DNA of 64,000 bases from Anaerolineae bacterium (GTDB lineage: Bacteria > Chloroflexota > Anaerolineae > VGOG01). Under the pieces are notes generated by a model. That model was given only the letters and a program-made list of their open reading frames with translations. It did not search any database and was not told the DNA's origin. The stretch spans positions 2,349-66,348 of the forward strand of contig JBAWAP010000384.1 of NCBI GenBank assembly GCA_049589355.1, written 5' to 3'. A program made the position numbers and the translations under genes. This document shows, one piece after another, positions 19,347 to 32,497 of this stretch; position 1 is the stretch's first letter; each line of letters starts with the position of its first letter.

Positions 19347-19844
19347 CTAGTTGTCTCTACTTCGGAACTCTTCAATCTGCCTGTGGTGGGTTTTCTCATC
19401 CTTGATCTCCGCTTGCAGGAGGCGCGCGATGGTGACTTTGTAGCCCTTGTAGCGGATTCCTCGGTCTTTGCCGAACTCTTCGGCCGGAATCGTCTCCAGA
19501 CAGCCTATGAGCTTTCGGAGGGAGTCCTCCACAGACGAAAGAAGGTCCGCAAAGTCATCCCTCTTGTACTCTGCGACCAGGCGCGCGTTGTAGGTCTTCC
19601 AATCACGGTCCTCGTAGGAGTAAAAGGCGGGCAGTTCGCCAGCGAGGATTGCTCTCGCAGCTTCCATGTTGGTGAAATCCCATCCTACCAGGTGGGCCAG
19701 CAGATCTTTGACGGACCAAACGCCAAGAAAGGCCTCATCTTGTTGGACCGGGGGCAGGGCAGACGCGGCGTCGAGGATCTTCCGCCGTGTTTCTGTCAGT
19801 TCCGAGATAATCTCGTCCTTCTTTGCTTGGGCTTTGGCACTCAC
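19347..19844 (-). CDS. ClbS/DfsB (DUF1706) family protein
   Basis: WSVKDLLAHLVGW motif shared with the tandem-domain paralog at 16453-17496. Confidence 0.65.
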   Translation of the reverse strand: MSAKAQAKKDEIISELTETRRKILDAASALPPVQQDEAFLGVWSVKDLLAHLVGWDFTNMEAARAILAGELPAFYSYEDRDWKTYNARLVAEYKRDDFADLLSSVEDSLRKLIGCLETIPAEEFGKDRGIRYKGYKVTIARLLQAEIKDEKTHHRQIEEFRSRDN

Positions 19845-19926
19845 TGTCCATCTCCTAGATTCATTTCACAGTATCGTTGGGTCACGGCTTTTTCGTGAGC
19901 GCTCTCGAACTATCGAGGACTGCCAA

Positions 19927-20535
19927 TCACTTTACGAGGCTCAACGCCGCAGCGATGTCTTCCGCGATCATCCTTCTCTTGCTCTTCTCGATAAAGAAGC
20001 TGGGACCTGCCTGCAGGTAGGATGGGAACGCCCTCTTCTCTTGGAAGAAATATTCCTGCCCTCGGATCTTGTACGTGGACCCGGCGGGAATCACCCTCTC
20101 CTCACCGGCCCTCTTCGCGATGTAGTTAATGGCCTTGATGGCAACGTCGCCCATGAGCATCAGCACCTGCACATCTGGAAACAGGGCCAGTTCTTTCTCC
20201 AGCAGGAATGAACATTCCCTGATGGTGCTCGCCTCGATTCCGTATCCGGTCTTCCCGCATTTTACGGCAGTGGTGAGGTACACACCGAGATCGAGGATAT
20301 CCTGTATAGACGAGACATCCACACCAGCATCGTTGAATGCTTGAACGGTCGTCTGCTGAAACAAGGCCTCCCCTTCCGCATAGTAGTAGTCGCCAGAGTT
20401 CGCGGGTGCAGCTTCCGAGATCATCACGATGGAAATGTCCTCTGGCTTCACATTCACGTCCGGAATGATGTAGCACTCGTGCCTCACATCAGCACACGGA
20501 AAGTCTTTACATTCCACACACTTGCTCACTTGCAT
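19927..20535 (-). CDS. Uracil-DNA glycosylase superfamily protein (divergent, Cys-rich N-terminus)
   Basis: ~200 aa; CVECKDFPC N-terminal Cys cluster and UDG-like core. ATG at 20535 with GGAGG RBS. Confidence 0.45.
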   Translation of the reverse strand: MQVSKCVECKDFPCADVRHECYIIPDVNVKPEDISIVMISEAAPANSGDYYYAEGEALFQQTTVQAFNDAGVDVSSIQDILDLGVYLTTAVKCGKTGYGIEASTIRECSFLLEKELALFPDVQVLMLMGDVAIKAINYIAKRAGEERVIPAGSTYKIRGQEYFFQEKRAFPSYLQAGPSFFIEKSKRRMIAEDIAAALSLVK

Positions 20536-20587
20536 TTTGCCACCTCCTGCCAAATCTAACCCAGGACCTTCCCCTGGACTCTGGCGT

Positions 20588-21220
20588 CTAGGCCCCTTTC
20601 TCAACCGGATGTCTCAAGATCGTCCTTAGCCTCTCCGGCTTGGCCCGCCGAGGATCGCCCAAATAGATCTCATGATGTTTGCCACGAAGCCGATAGCCAT
20701 TCTCCCGAGCAAAGGTCATCATTTTCTCAATGGCTCGTGGCTCTTCAGCGTACGGTCCAAGGTGCATGATTTGCATACAAAGCCCTTCGTGGAAACCCTC
20801 AAATCGGATCTTAGATAAGGCTGGGTTTTCTCTCTTCTCTTTGACTTGTTGCAGGGCTTCCTGGTACATCTCCTCAGTGATGTGCTCTGGCTGCAGAATC
20901 ATCATCGTCCATTTCCAATCTTCTTTCTTGTTGAAATCGAACTCACCCGACTCCGTCCACCACAGCCCTTCCAGTGCCATCACTGTGTAATCAATAGGAT
21001 TCGTTTCTCGCAGTTTCGACATGAACTTCAACGTGTACGACACGCCGTACAGCGCACCCATTGCGCCCTGAAACTCCTGAGACGCTTCCGGTGTCTCACC
21101 GAGTTGGATCCCGCCGTCAACCATGACGAATTTGAACTTCGGCACGTCCACAATCTCCACCTTCTTTGCGGAGGGTGCGTAGAGGTACTTCAATTCCTTC
21201 TTTAGATCGATCTTGTTCAT
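20588..21220 (-). CDS. GyrI-like small-molecule-binding domain protein
   Basis: 210 aa, beta-alpha-beta-beta duplicated pattern. Family resemblance to YtkR7/C10R6-type cyclopropane hydrolases. Confidence 0.4.
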   Translation of the reverse strand: MNKIDLKKELKYLYAPSAKKVEIVDVPKFKFVMVDGGIQLGETPEASQEFQGAMGALYGVSYTLKFMSKLRETNPIDYTVMALEGLWWTESGEFDFNKKEDWKWTMMILQPEHITEEMYQEALQQVKEKRENPALSKIRFEGFHEGLCMQIMHLGPYAEEPRAIEKMMTFARENGYRLRGKHHEIYLGDPRRAKPERLRTILRHPVEKGA

Positions 21221-21288
21221 CGTACAACTCCTTTCACTTTGATGGGTCGTTCTTTGTCAAGCTTCAGGTCTGAGCGCGAGGCAAGCCG

Positions 21289-22404
21289 CTATCCGAACAG
21301 ATCAACCGCCTGCTTCATTTTCAAGATCACATCCACACCAAAGGGACAGCGCTCCACACAGGCCCCACATTCGGTGCAGGCAGAAGCCCTCACCGGAAGT
21401 GCGTCATAAGCCATCTGCAGACTCTTGGTAACGCCCCATTGTGCGGCGTCAACCAGGCGATGGATCTGGGCAATGTCAATGACAGCCAGACAAGGCAGGC
21501 AATGGTTGCAGTACACACATTCCCCTTCTTCGTATCTTCCAAAGCTCGTAACGAGACTGCTGAAATCTCGCTCCGCTTCGGTCGCCTCCAGCGTGTGAAG
21601 CGCTGTGGCCAGTTCGGCATTGCTCTTGACGCCGGGGACCGTCGTGCAGACCCCCACCTGTGCCAGCACATAGCTGAGGCATTGCACCGGGGAGATCTCG
21701 GAGGTGATCCTGGCCTGGTAGCTTTCGCCGCCCGTCTGATACTTCGGCACTCGGAATATGCCCCTCTGCGCTAACAGCTTCCCGCCGCCGAACGGTTTCA
21801 TCGCGACCAAGCCTACCCCATGCGTTGCACAGAGATTCTGCAGTTCCTTTCTGCCGGGCATCGCGTTCCCGAGCAGGTTGATCGGAAACATCACCACGTC
21901 TATTTGCCCGCTCTCTACTGCCTTCCTTGCCACTTCGACGTAGTGCGCGCTGATCCCGAGGAACCGGGCCTTGCCCTCCTCTCGGAGACGGCAGGTCAGG
22001 TCCATCACCCCGCCGAGCTTGGTCACGGCATCAAAGTCCTTGACGGAATTGAAGTTGTGCAGGAACAGGATGTCTACATACTCCGTGCCGAGGCTTGAGA
22101 GAAGGTCGAGGAAAAACCTTTCACACGTTTTTGCGCTTCGTGTTTTGCAGTACTGCCCATTCTTTTCCGTGGAGCCCAGATGTCCGGTCAGGATGACACG
22201 GTTCCTGTGCCCCTCGAACGCCACACGCAGGTTATCCAGGTATTCGTGGAAGGAAAAAACGAGGTCAAAGTAATTGACCCCGCGCTCGATGGCCTCGTGG
22301 ATGACCGAGACCACCGTCTCGCGGGGCTGGCCATTCAGGTGTTCGGTTCCCAGCCCGATGACGCCGACATCGAGACCTGTTTTGCCTAGTTTGCGAAATT
22401 CCAC
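21289..22404 (-). CDS. Aldo/keto reductase with C-terminal 4Fe-4S ferredoxin-type domain
   Basis: AKR N-terminal barrel followed by CVYCNHCLPC...CTECGACVERCP clusters. Confidence 0.85.
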   Translation of the reverse strand: MEFRKLGKTGLDVGVIGLGTEHLNGQPRETVVSVIHEAIERGVNYFDLVFSFHEYLDNLRVAFEGHRNRVILTGHLGSTEKNGQYCKTRSAKTCERFFLDLLSSLGTEYVDILFLHNFNSVKDFDAVTKLGGVMDLTCRLREEGKARFLGISAHYVEVARKAVESGQIDVVMFPINLLGNAMPGRKELQNLCATHGVGLVAMKPFGGGKLLAQRGIFRVPKYQTGGESYQARITSEISPVQCLSYVLAQVGVCTTVPGVKSNAELATALHTLEATEAERDFSSLVTSFGRYEEGECVYCNHCLPCLAVIDIAQIHRLVDAAQWGVTKSLQMAYDALPVRASACTECGACVERCPFGVDVILKMKQAVDLFG

Positions 22405-22644
22405 GTCTATTGCTCCTTAACGTAGCACGTGCGCATGTACGCAGCGAATCGTCCAAAAGCTTCAAAATTTAACACTTGGTTATCATCAACTGGAGCGTTA
22501 CTCATGCTAACCTGACCGTTCCTTCAGCCCAGAATTGATGCACGGAAGCTTACAGGGGATCATAGGTTGACCATAACGTCCCAATGACCAGCGTTACCGG
22601 TGCATTTGAGCAAGGTTTCATCCAGATGTAGGCCGCGAAAAATG

Positions 22645-23667
22645 TCAAAAATTCAAGGTGTAAGACGATTCCCGCGCTGCGTGCGCAACGGCTAGGTTAA
22701 TCCGTTTTTGCACGCGCAGCACCAGGAAGGTGACCCAGGGCGAGGGGTTCTTCTTGTCGGCGAAGGACCAGCCCTTCCAGGCGCGGTACATCGAGCCCGC
22801 GGTGTAGTGGCCCTCCCCGTCCGCCTGAGCGGTGATCGTCTCCACCATCTCCCGGAAGCGAGGGTCAGTGTGAACGAACAGGAAACGGCTGAGCATGTCC
22901 ACCACGTGCAAGATGTCGTACCAGACGAACGGGTACTTGAGCTTGCGAAAGTCGGTACCGATGCCGAACATGTAGATCTTGCGCTCGATCCGGTGTTCCC
23001 AGTGCCAGAGGAGCATCTCGGCGCCAGTGCGTGTGGCCGGGCCGTCGAGCAATTCTGGAACCTGGGCCAGCGCCTTGAGCGCATAGACGTTGACGATGGG
23101 GCAGGGATCTTCTCTGCGCCCCGGCCCCTTGAACTTGCCCAGCTCCGGCGCGCCGACGCATCGCCAGCCGTTGCCGTCTACCAGGCCAATCAGGTGATCC
23201 ACCGCTCGCTGCACGCGCGGGTCGTTGCCCAGCCCCATCGCCAGCAAGGCGTAGAGCAACGTCGGTGCGTCGCACAGCATCCACGTCCATAAGTCCTCGC
23301 CTGTCCCACCAAAGGCCTCGGGGATGTTCACCAGGCTCTGGAAAGCCCCCTCCGGCGACTGGTGGGTCATCACAGCCTTGATGCCGGCGGACATACCCGG
23401 ATCATCCGCCCGTACGCCGAAGTCGGCCAGGGTGCTGAACTTGTAGAGGGGGTGGTTGGCGTCGTTGTGCCGCTGGAGGGCATAGCCGGGCCAGGTGGCG
23501 GCCTCGGCGATGAGCCCCTGCACTGGTGGATGGGCCAGCATCTCGGCGTGGGCAGTTTGCACTTCGGGGTCGTCTTCAGGCCGGTCGAGCAGATCCACCA
23601 GCGTGCGATACCGAGTCCAGGGCTCATCCGATTCCAGCAGCCATTGAATCAGATCAGTTTTTATCAT
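22645..23667 (-). CDS. Prenyltransferase/squalene-oxidase (QW) repeat alpha-toroid protein, paralog 1
   Basis: N-terminal DLIQWLLESDEPWTRYRTL motif; QxxxGxW-like repeats (QSPEGAF, VDGNGWRC, ADGEGHYT). Confidence 0.5.
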   Translation of the reverse strand: MIKTDLIQWLLESDEPWTRYRTLVDLLDRPEDDPEVQTAHAEMLAHPPVQGLIAEAATWPGYALQRHNDANHPLYKFSTLADFGVRADDPGMSAGIKAVMTHQSPEGAFQSLVNIPEAFGGTGEDLWTWMLCDAPTLLYALLAMGLGNDPRVQRAVDHLIGLVDGNGWRCVGAPELGKFKGPGRREDPCPIVNVYALKALAQVPELLDGPATRTGAEMLLWHWEHRIERKIYMFGIGTDFRKLKYPFVWYDILHVVDMLSRFLFVHTDPRFREMVETITAQADGEGHYTAGSMYRAWKGWSFADKKNPSPWVTFLVLRVQKRINLAVAHAARESSYTLNF

Positions 23668-23712
23668 TTCACTGCTCGAATATCCTGTGAGCTTGCTTCA
23701 ACAATGTCTTTG

Positions 23713-24702
23713 TCATTCTTTGCTTAAAACCCGCATGTCCGCCTTGGAAAAATATCTAAATGCCCTTTCGCCGTACTCTTCGTCAAGCCTAGCCACATAG
23801 CTCCGAAGCGCTTCTAGTGCGAATACGCCGCCAGCATCATCACCAAAGGACATCTCTATGAACCACGCCCCTTTCCTCAACGCTCCCGTTGGAGTCAACC
23901 ATCCCTCTTCCGCTAGCGGGATGTGTTCACAGCGCACGCCGTATTCCTCCAGAGCCTTACAGTAGTCCTTCACCCTTGAATAGCTCGAGTGTATCTTCTG
24001 CGCCAAATAAGTCTCGCCGTCAATTACAAGGTCTGAACCACCTTCCTCCTTGGGTTGGCCGAAGCGTCCGAACGCCCACAATAGCTTAAGTAAGTGCCGT
24101 CTCCTTTTCTCGAGCACTGCCTGCCGGGCGTATGAGACATCGTTGACGACTTCTATCGCTGCTATGAGCCGATGGAGGGCTTCAAGCGCCGAGGTCTCTT
24201 CCTTGGAGAAGGGCAGGTCGTCGGGGAAGTCTACGAGTTCAGGCCTGGCGGAAACCTTGGTCATCTCTACGATGTCTTTCGGGCCAAGGGAAGCGCGTAT
24301 TTTATGCAGATGCTTAATGCCTTCGTAGGGCTCTATGAAAGTGAGGTAGTCTTCTTCTGGTATCGGGGTTCCTAGTCGGGCGGCGGTTCTCTCCCTCGCA
24401 TCCGCCGAGAGAGAAACCCTTGGCACATCTTCACAGGGGTAGCCAGAGCAATGGACGCAGGTCTTGACGCCGTTTCTTACCGCGCATCTTCGCACGTAGC
24501 AGTTCTGATAGCGCACCGGATTTTCATCGTCCGGCGCCTGGCAGCCATCGCAGAGGCGAAGCTTGGAAGGACTTAGTCGGAAGCCCAGGTATTTCGCCCA
24601 TCCGTCGCTGCATCGCTGTCTGTCCCCGTCGGTCTGAAGGGTTTCTTTGTAAGATGGGCAGCGGCCGCAGTTGCAACCGCATTTGGAAAACAAGTCTTTC
24701 AT
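23713..24702 (-). CDS. DUF3795 N-terminal Cys-rich domain fused to an uncharacterised ~200-aa C-terminal domain
   Basis: CGCNCGRCPSY...CDGC...C..C.C...CVHCSGYPCED, then a non-Cys domain. Confidence 0.55.
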   Translation of the reverse strand: MKDLFSKCGCNCGRCPSYKETLQTDGDRQRCSDGWAKYLGFRLSPSKLRLCDGCQAPDDENPVRYQNCYVRRCAVRNGVKTCVHCSGYPCEDVPRVSLSADARERTAARLGTPIPEEDYLTFIEPYEGIKHLHKIRASLGPKDIVEMTKVSARPELVDFPDDLPFSKEETSALEALHRLIAAIEVVNDVSYARQAVLEKRRRHLLKLLWAFGRFGQPKEEGGSDLVIDGETYLAQKIHSSYSRVKDYCKALEEYGVRCEHIPLAEEGWLTPTGALRKGAWFIEMSFGDDAGGVFALEALRSYVARLDEEYGERAFRYFSKADMRVLSKE

Positions 24703-24763
24703 TAGGATTCTCCTTGAGATCAGGATTGATATTGAACAGCCCGGGATGCAGAGATTCCTCTCA

Positions 24764-25771
24764 TCAGAAATTCACCGTTCGATACTCCGCCTGGCAGGGA
24801 TAACCGGCTGCGATGTCCAGTTGCCGTTCACCCGGCCGCCCCACCACCGACCACAGTGTCCCGAACTTGCGGTCGGGAAAGTGCGCCCCGTGGGAGCATA
24901 CCAAACCCTCGTGGTCGCGTAGGGCCTGTTTCACAGCATCCTTATCCACCAACCCATTGCCCCCAAGCAACTCACGGAGACGGTTGTAGCGGGGATGAGA
25001 GTCCATGGGCACGAAGGTTTCTTTACCAGCCCATTCCGGACAGACGGCGTGGTTGGTCATAATCAGTAGTCCGTCTTCTGGGTAACGCACTGCGATTCCC
25101 TCCACGGTCGGCTCCACAACCGCGGCTTTGCCGGACTGATCTGCCAGGAGGTAGGTCCAACTGCCCGCATGAGGCACCTTTTGGATCAGCTCCAGCCCCT
25201 CGTCCACCGTCGCACAGCGGTCGAGGACCAGGCGGGCGATAAGCCAGAAGGTCAGACCTGGCTGCAGGCCCGGAAGGAAAAGAGCAGCAATCGCCACAAA
25301 GAGGCCGGCTTCGTTGAGTCCATCGTCGCGCCCCACCCAGATATCGCAATCGCCCAGGCTAGCGTAGCGCCCGTCGGGATAGGTGCGATAGGTTGTTGCC
25401 GGCTCCTCCGAGATGTCGTGGAAATAGTCGTAGTTCCGGCCGACGATGGGCCAACCATCGGCCGTCCGCTCCGGCGTTACCGCAAGCACGCTGCAACCAG
25501 ATACCTCTGCAGAATCGAAGGGGGCGGTCAGAGTCAGGGTCATCAAGGCACTGTAGTCCACCTCAGCCGCCTCCGCCAGTCCCCGCATCTCGTCCAACAA
25601 CTCTGGTGCATACTGCCCCACAATTTGCTCACACTGCTTGGCAAAATGGAGCATTTTGGGGTCTGGCGGGGGTAGGGTCATGCCCTTCAAGGGATAACCA
25701 TGCTGTCGTCCTATCTGTTCATAACTACCACGGAGTTCAACCTGATGCATCGGATAAGCCTCCTTTCTCAA
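24764..25771 (-). CDS. C45 family Ntn-hydrolase (acyl-CoA:6-aminopenicillanic acid acyltransferase-like)
   Basis: MHQVELRGSYEQIGRQHG N-terminus and putative autoprocessing Gly-Cys (SGCSVLAV). Confidence 0.65.
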   Translation of the reverse strand: MRKEAYPMHQVELRGSYEQIGRQHGYPLKGMTLPPPDPKMLHFAKQCEQIVGQYAPELLDEMRGLAEAAEVDYSALMTLTLTAPFDSAEVSGCSVLAVTPERTADGWPIVGRNYDYFHDISEEPATTYRTYPDGRYASLGDCDIWVGRDDGLNEAGLFVAIAALFLPGLQPGLTFWLIARLVLDRCATVDEGLELIQKVPHAGSWTYLLADQSGKAAVVEPTVEGIAVRYPEDGLLIMTNHAVCPEWAGKETFVPMDSHPRYNRLRELLGGNGLVDKDAVKQALRDHEGLVCSHGAHFPDRKFGTLWSVVGRPGERQLDIAAGYPCQAEYRTVNF

Positions 25772-26724
25772 AGCTCATTGACAATTCTCCGCAGTGCCTC
25801 TAATCCGTCTGCCTCAGCATCTCGGGCTGTTCGCAGGGCGTCTATCGCCGTGCGAATTTGCGCTTGGTCCTTGACGTGCTCAGGCTTCATGCCGTGAAAC
25901 GGAAACGTGTTGGCGACAGTCTGGAGGTTCTCGGACACCACCTGATACTGATCGAGCGCCTCATCAAACAAGGCTGCTGCCTGTCCATCCAGGCGTTCCT
26001 TGGCTTCTTGCAGGAACAAGACGGCATAGCCGCGACATTCCTGCCAGACCGCAGCATTGTAGGCCACGCCAAACCCGTCGGCCGTACCGCTTTCCAGGGC
26101 GCGGATCCAGGTGTCGTACCCGGCCAATCCAGCTTTGTACTTGGGGAATATCCACTTTGCCGGACTGGTAGCGTGCTCCAGGGCAAATGTCAACGCTTCT
26201 TTGACGGTCTGAACGTCATCGGCCGCTTGCCCCGGCTTTAGGCTGTACATCTCCAGCACGCCGATTTCGGTGTCCCCCAACTCTTGCCACGGTTTGGGGC
26301 CTTTCCCCTCATCGCAACCTGGCCCGGAAAAGTAGTATCCGTTGTCATCGTAGCCGTATACGACGTAGTATTCGGCAATGTCCAACTCCCAGCCATAGCA
26401 GGGAAGACCTTGGTCAATCGCCGCTTTGACATGCTCCCAGACCAGTTTCTGCTTTTCGGCAAAACCATCGGCTGACTTCATGCCGAACACACTATCAATC
26501 TCATAGCCAATGTTCTTGCCGAGCTTGAACAGCATCTCCATGTTCCACGCCGTTGGCCCGCTGGGGCAAACCACCTCGTGCACGTTGATGACAAACGCAT
26601 GGCCCGTCGAACCGAACAACCAGGCGTCGGAACCGTCCAGATTCAGATAGTCCAGACACCCTTTGATACAGCCAAGGTGCGACACCCAGCGCGGCACCCA
26701 TCTCAGATTCTCTAGCTTTTTCAT
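25768..26724 (-). CDS. Hypothetical protein (possible BtrH_N/DUF4872-like papain-fold domain)
   Basis: 318 aa; 4-nt overlap with the C45 gene suggests co-translation. Family call tentative. Confidence 0.3.
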   Translation of the reverse strand: MKKLENLRWVPRWVSHLGCIKGCLDYLNLDGSDAWLFGSTGHAFVINVHEVVCPSGPTAWNMEMLFKLGKNIGYEIDSVFGMKSADGFAEKQKLVWEHVKAAIDQGLPCYGWELDIAEYYVVYGYDDNGYYFSGPGCDEGKGPKPWQELGDTEIGVLEMYSLKPGQAADDVQTVKEALTFALEHATSPAKWIFPKYKAGLAGYDTWIRALESGTADGFGVAYNAAVWQECRGYAVLFLQEAKERLDGQAAALFDEALDQYQVVSENLQTVANTFPFHGMKPEHVKDQAQIRTAIDALRTARDAEADGLEALRRIVNEL

Positions 26725-26742
26725 TTGGTCACTCCTTTCTCG

Positions 26743-27252
26743 TTATAGGTACAAGATGATCCTGCGACATTCTGTTTTTCTATGGCCGTGCCACTCCCCT
26801 GGCAGGCAACCTCTTCTCAAAGAGAATCTGACCACGGGGGTCTGACCCCACCTCGACAAAACCCACCTTCTTGTAGAAATGGCGCGTGCGACGGTTCCAG
26901 GCTGGCGTATCGAGGGCCATCTCTTGGCCAGGGGATACTCTTCCCACAGGAACTCCATGGCCTGGGTGCCGGCCCCTTGATTCTGATAGTCGGGATCAAC
27001 GAAGATACGCCCCAGCTCGTATTCGCGAGGTCCCTTGCGAAGGACAATGAACCCACCAACGATCTGATCGCCGACCAAGATCTTGTAATAGTCGCCGATG
27101 TGCATCATTTTTCTTTGCCACTGCTCCGATTCGTAGCCAGGAGGGCCACCCAATCCTGGGGCGCCACAGTGGATGTCGCTGTGGAACGCACGCTCGGAGA
27201 TACGAGCCAACGTGGCGGCATCCGTGGGCCTGGCCTTCTCGAAGCGAATCAT
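26743..27252 (-). CDS. GNAT family N-acetyltransferase
   Basis: RIFVDPDYQNQGAGTQAMEF acetyl-CoA motif. Confidence 0.75.
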   Translation of the reverse strand: MIRFEKARPTDAATLARISERAFHSDIHCGAPGLGGPPGYESEQWQRKMMHIGDYYKILVGDQIVGGFIVLRKGPREYELGRIFVDPDYQNQGAGTQAMEFLWEEYPLAKRWPSIRQPGTVARAISTRRWVLSRWGQTPVVRFSLRRGCLPGEWHGHRKTECRRIILYL

Positions 27253-27626
27253 CCGTTTTTCTCCTCCCAGAGTCCGAACATATTGCCGCTGGGATCGGTG
27301 AAACAGGCCCTATAAGCAGGGCCTTGTGGAGTCTTAGGGGTGACGACCTTTCCCCCGAGTTCTGTCACTCTCTTCAGAATAGTCTCGATGTCCTCCACTA
27401 CAATGTAGACGACTACACCAAGGGGTTCACCCTTGGGCCTTAACCATATCCCACCTCGTCGAAGGTTCTGTAGCCGTGGTTCACCAGCCGTATCAAAAAT
27501 CCAGACACCGAACCCTTCTGCAGTCTCCTTTTCGATTATCTTCCAGCCAAACAGGTTTTGATAGAAGCTTGCGGTTTTCTCTATATCTCTTGTCCTTATC
27601 TCAATCCAATCAAACGCATTAGACAT
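27249..27626 (-). CDS. VOC/glyoxalase-fold protein
   Basis: ~125 aa beta-alpha-beta-beta-beta modules (FDWIEIRTRD..., VVYIVVEDIE). Confidence 0.75.
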   Translation of the reverse strand: MSNAFDWIEIRTRDIEKTASFYQNLFGWKIIEKETAEGFGVWIFDTAGEPRLQNLRRGGIWLRPKGEPLGVVVYIVVEDIETILKRVTELGGKVVTPKTPQGPAYRACFTDPSGNMFGLWEEKNG

Positions 27627-27659
27627 CGCAAAACCTCCTGTTCGTTTCTGTTGTTTCAC

Positions 27660-30659
<3,000 letters not shown>

Positions 30660-31425
30660 GTCCCTCAGCCTGAACTTGGGCGGAAATCAGTTTTAGCCGC
30701 GTTGGCCACTCGTCAGGCTGTAACGCTGGCGCGTCAAACAGGGCTGGCGTCTCGACCCCGCCGATTACAGCGGGAAAGAACTCGATGCTGATTTCGTCTA
30801 CAAGCCCAGCACGCAAGAGCGCGCCGTTCAACTTGCCCCCAGCCGTTGACACCACACATGTAACACCCAACTGGTACCCCAGCTTCTCCAGGGCAGCGTG
30901 AAGATCAACTCGCTCTTCCCCTGCCACCAGGTAGGGAATCTTTTCGCGCTGGAGGTAGGCCAGATACTCGGGTGGAGTATGGTGGGCTACCAGGACCAGC
31001 AGGTGCCACCCTTCCCATCCCTCAAATTCTTTGTAAAACCATCGTACGCGTCCTCGACTATCCACAGCCGTGAACCACCCCTGATGTCCCGGACGATGGA
31101 CGACATCGTGTGGCAAAAAGTCCTGATACAGTGACTGAGGATCATCGTCAACGGGCGGGAGAGGCTCGGGCTCCGCGTCATTCAAAACAAAAGAGCCGCT
31201 GCCTTCAAGAAAGACTTGTGGTTTGTAGGTAAGCTTGAGCCGTTCGTATACATCGTCGCTTGATCCCGCGACAGCCTGCCATCTCTCGTCCCCGTATAGC
31301 AGAAGGACATCGGGTGCAAGCGTTATCCTCCCATCTACTGAAGCAACTGCATGGACTACCACTCGTGGTCTGTCCATAGACACTTTCCTCCTCTGTTCAA
31401 AATTGTGCCAGGTATCTTGAATTTA

Positions 31426-32388
31426 TCATCCAACGGATGCGTACTGCGCTGCGATGGCGCGGGCCCGTTCGCTCACCAGGCAACGTAATTCCTCCGGCTC
31501 CAGCACCACGGCGTGGGGGCCATAACTGAACGCCAGCCGGGCCGGCCACTCCAGGTCTAACGCGGCGAAGGTGACGATCACCGAGCCGTCGGGCTGCTCG
31601 TCCACCGTGTCCCAGAAGGCACGGTCATCGAGCGCCAGGAGCGCCGCCTCTGGGGCGAAGCACATGCGGACTTGCACCTGTGGCTGTGCCTCTGGCTCCG
31701 CAGCCAGGTACTCCTGGATGTCGAAATCGCCTGGCACCTGGAAGATCTGGTTGAGCAGTGTCAGTTCGATGATGCGATCCACGCGGAAGGTACGCACGGC
31801 CTCGCGCAGGTGGCAGTGGCCGATGACGTACCACCAGCCCCAGCGGTGGATCAGCGCATAGGGATCGAAATCTCGCTGCAGGGGTTCTGACTGCCCACGG
31901 CTCCGGTAGGCCACCGTGACTCGTCGCCGCTCACGGGTCGCGCGCCGCAGTTTCTCCAGCAGCGGTACCAGCGGCGTGAAGTCGGCGCGGTGCATACCGG
32001 TCGCCCACAGTGTCCGACGCGCCCAGGCCACTTCGTGCCGCTGTTCGTCGGGGAGCACGTTAACCAGCTTGGCCAGCGCGCCTTGCGCCGCCTCACGGTA
32101 CATCTGGCCCCAAATCTCTTCCACCAGGCTGGTGCCCAGATAGACGGCGACGGCCTCCTCGGGGGTGAAAACAAGCGGGGGCATCTTGTAGCCACGCACT
32201 AACGAGAAGCCGCCGTAGGGGCCGCGCTCGGAGTAAACCGGGATGCCCATCTCGTCCAGCATCATGATGTAGCGGTGCAAGGTGCGCACCGAGATACCCA
32301 ATTCCTCCGCCAGTGCAGCCGCTTTCTGGCTGGGTCGCCGCTGCAATAGCATGATCAGTGAGATCAGTCTGGTAGCAGTGTTCAACAT
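31426..32388 (-). CDS. WYL-domain transcriptional regulator (HTH-WYL-WCX, YafY/PafBC/DriD-like)
   Basis: N-terminal HTH (SVRTLHRYI), central WYL (HRWGWWYVIGHCHLREAVRTFRVDRI), C-terminal WCX-like region. Confidence 0.8.
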   Translation of the reverse strand: MLNTATRLISLIMLLQRRPSQKAAALAEELGISVRTLHRYIMMLDEMGIPVYSERGPYGGFSLVRGYKMPPLVFTPEEAVAVYLGTSLVEEIWGQMYREAAQGALAKLVNVLPDEQRHEVAWARRTLWATGMHRADFTPLVPLLEKLRRATRERRRVTVAYRSRGQSEPLQRDFDPYALIHRWGWWYVIGHCHLREAVRTFRVDRIIELTLLNQIFQVPGDFDIQEYLAAEPEAQPQVQVRMCFAPEAALLALDDRAFWDTVDEQPDGSVIVTFAALDLEWPARLAFSYGPHAVVLEPEELRCLVSERARAIAAQYASVG

Positions 32389-32497
32389 GATGCTCTCCCT
32401 CGATCGTCCGATGGACGGGGTACGACAATATTCTACACCAGGTTTATGACAAAAGCTGGCATAATTGTAGTGGAGTTTGAGGAAAAATCAAATGGAT

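Noticed and set aside
22405-22644. AT-richer 240-bp intergenic region examined for promoter/sRNA/LexA box
   Set aside because: No consensus promoter, terminator hairpin or GAAC-N4-GTTC motif was recognised.
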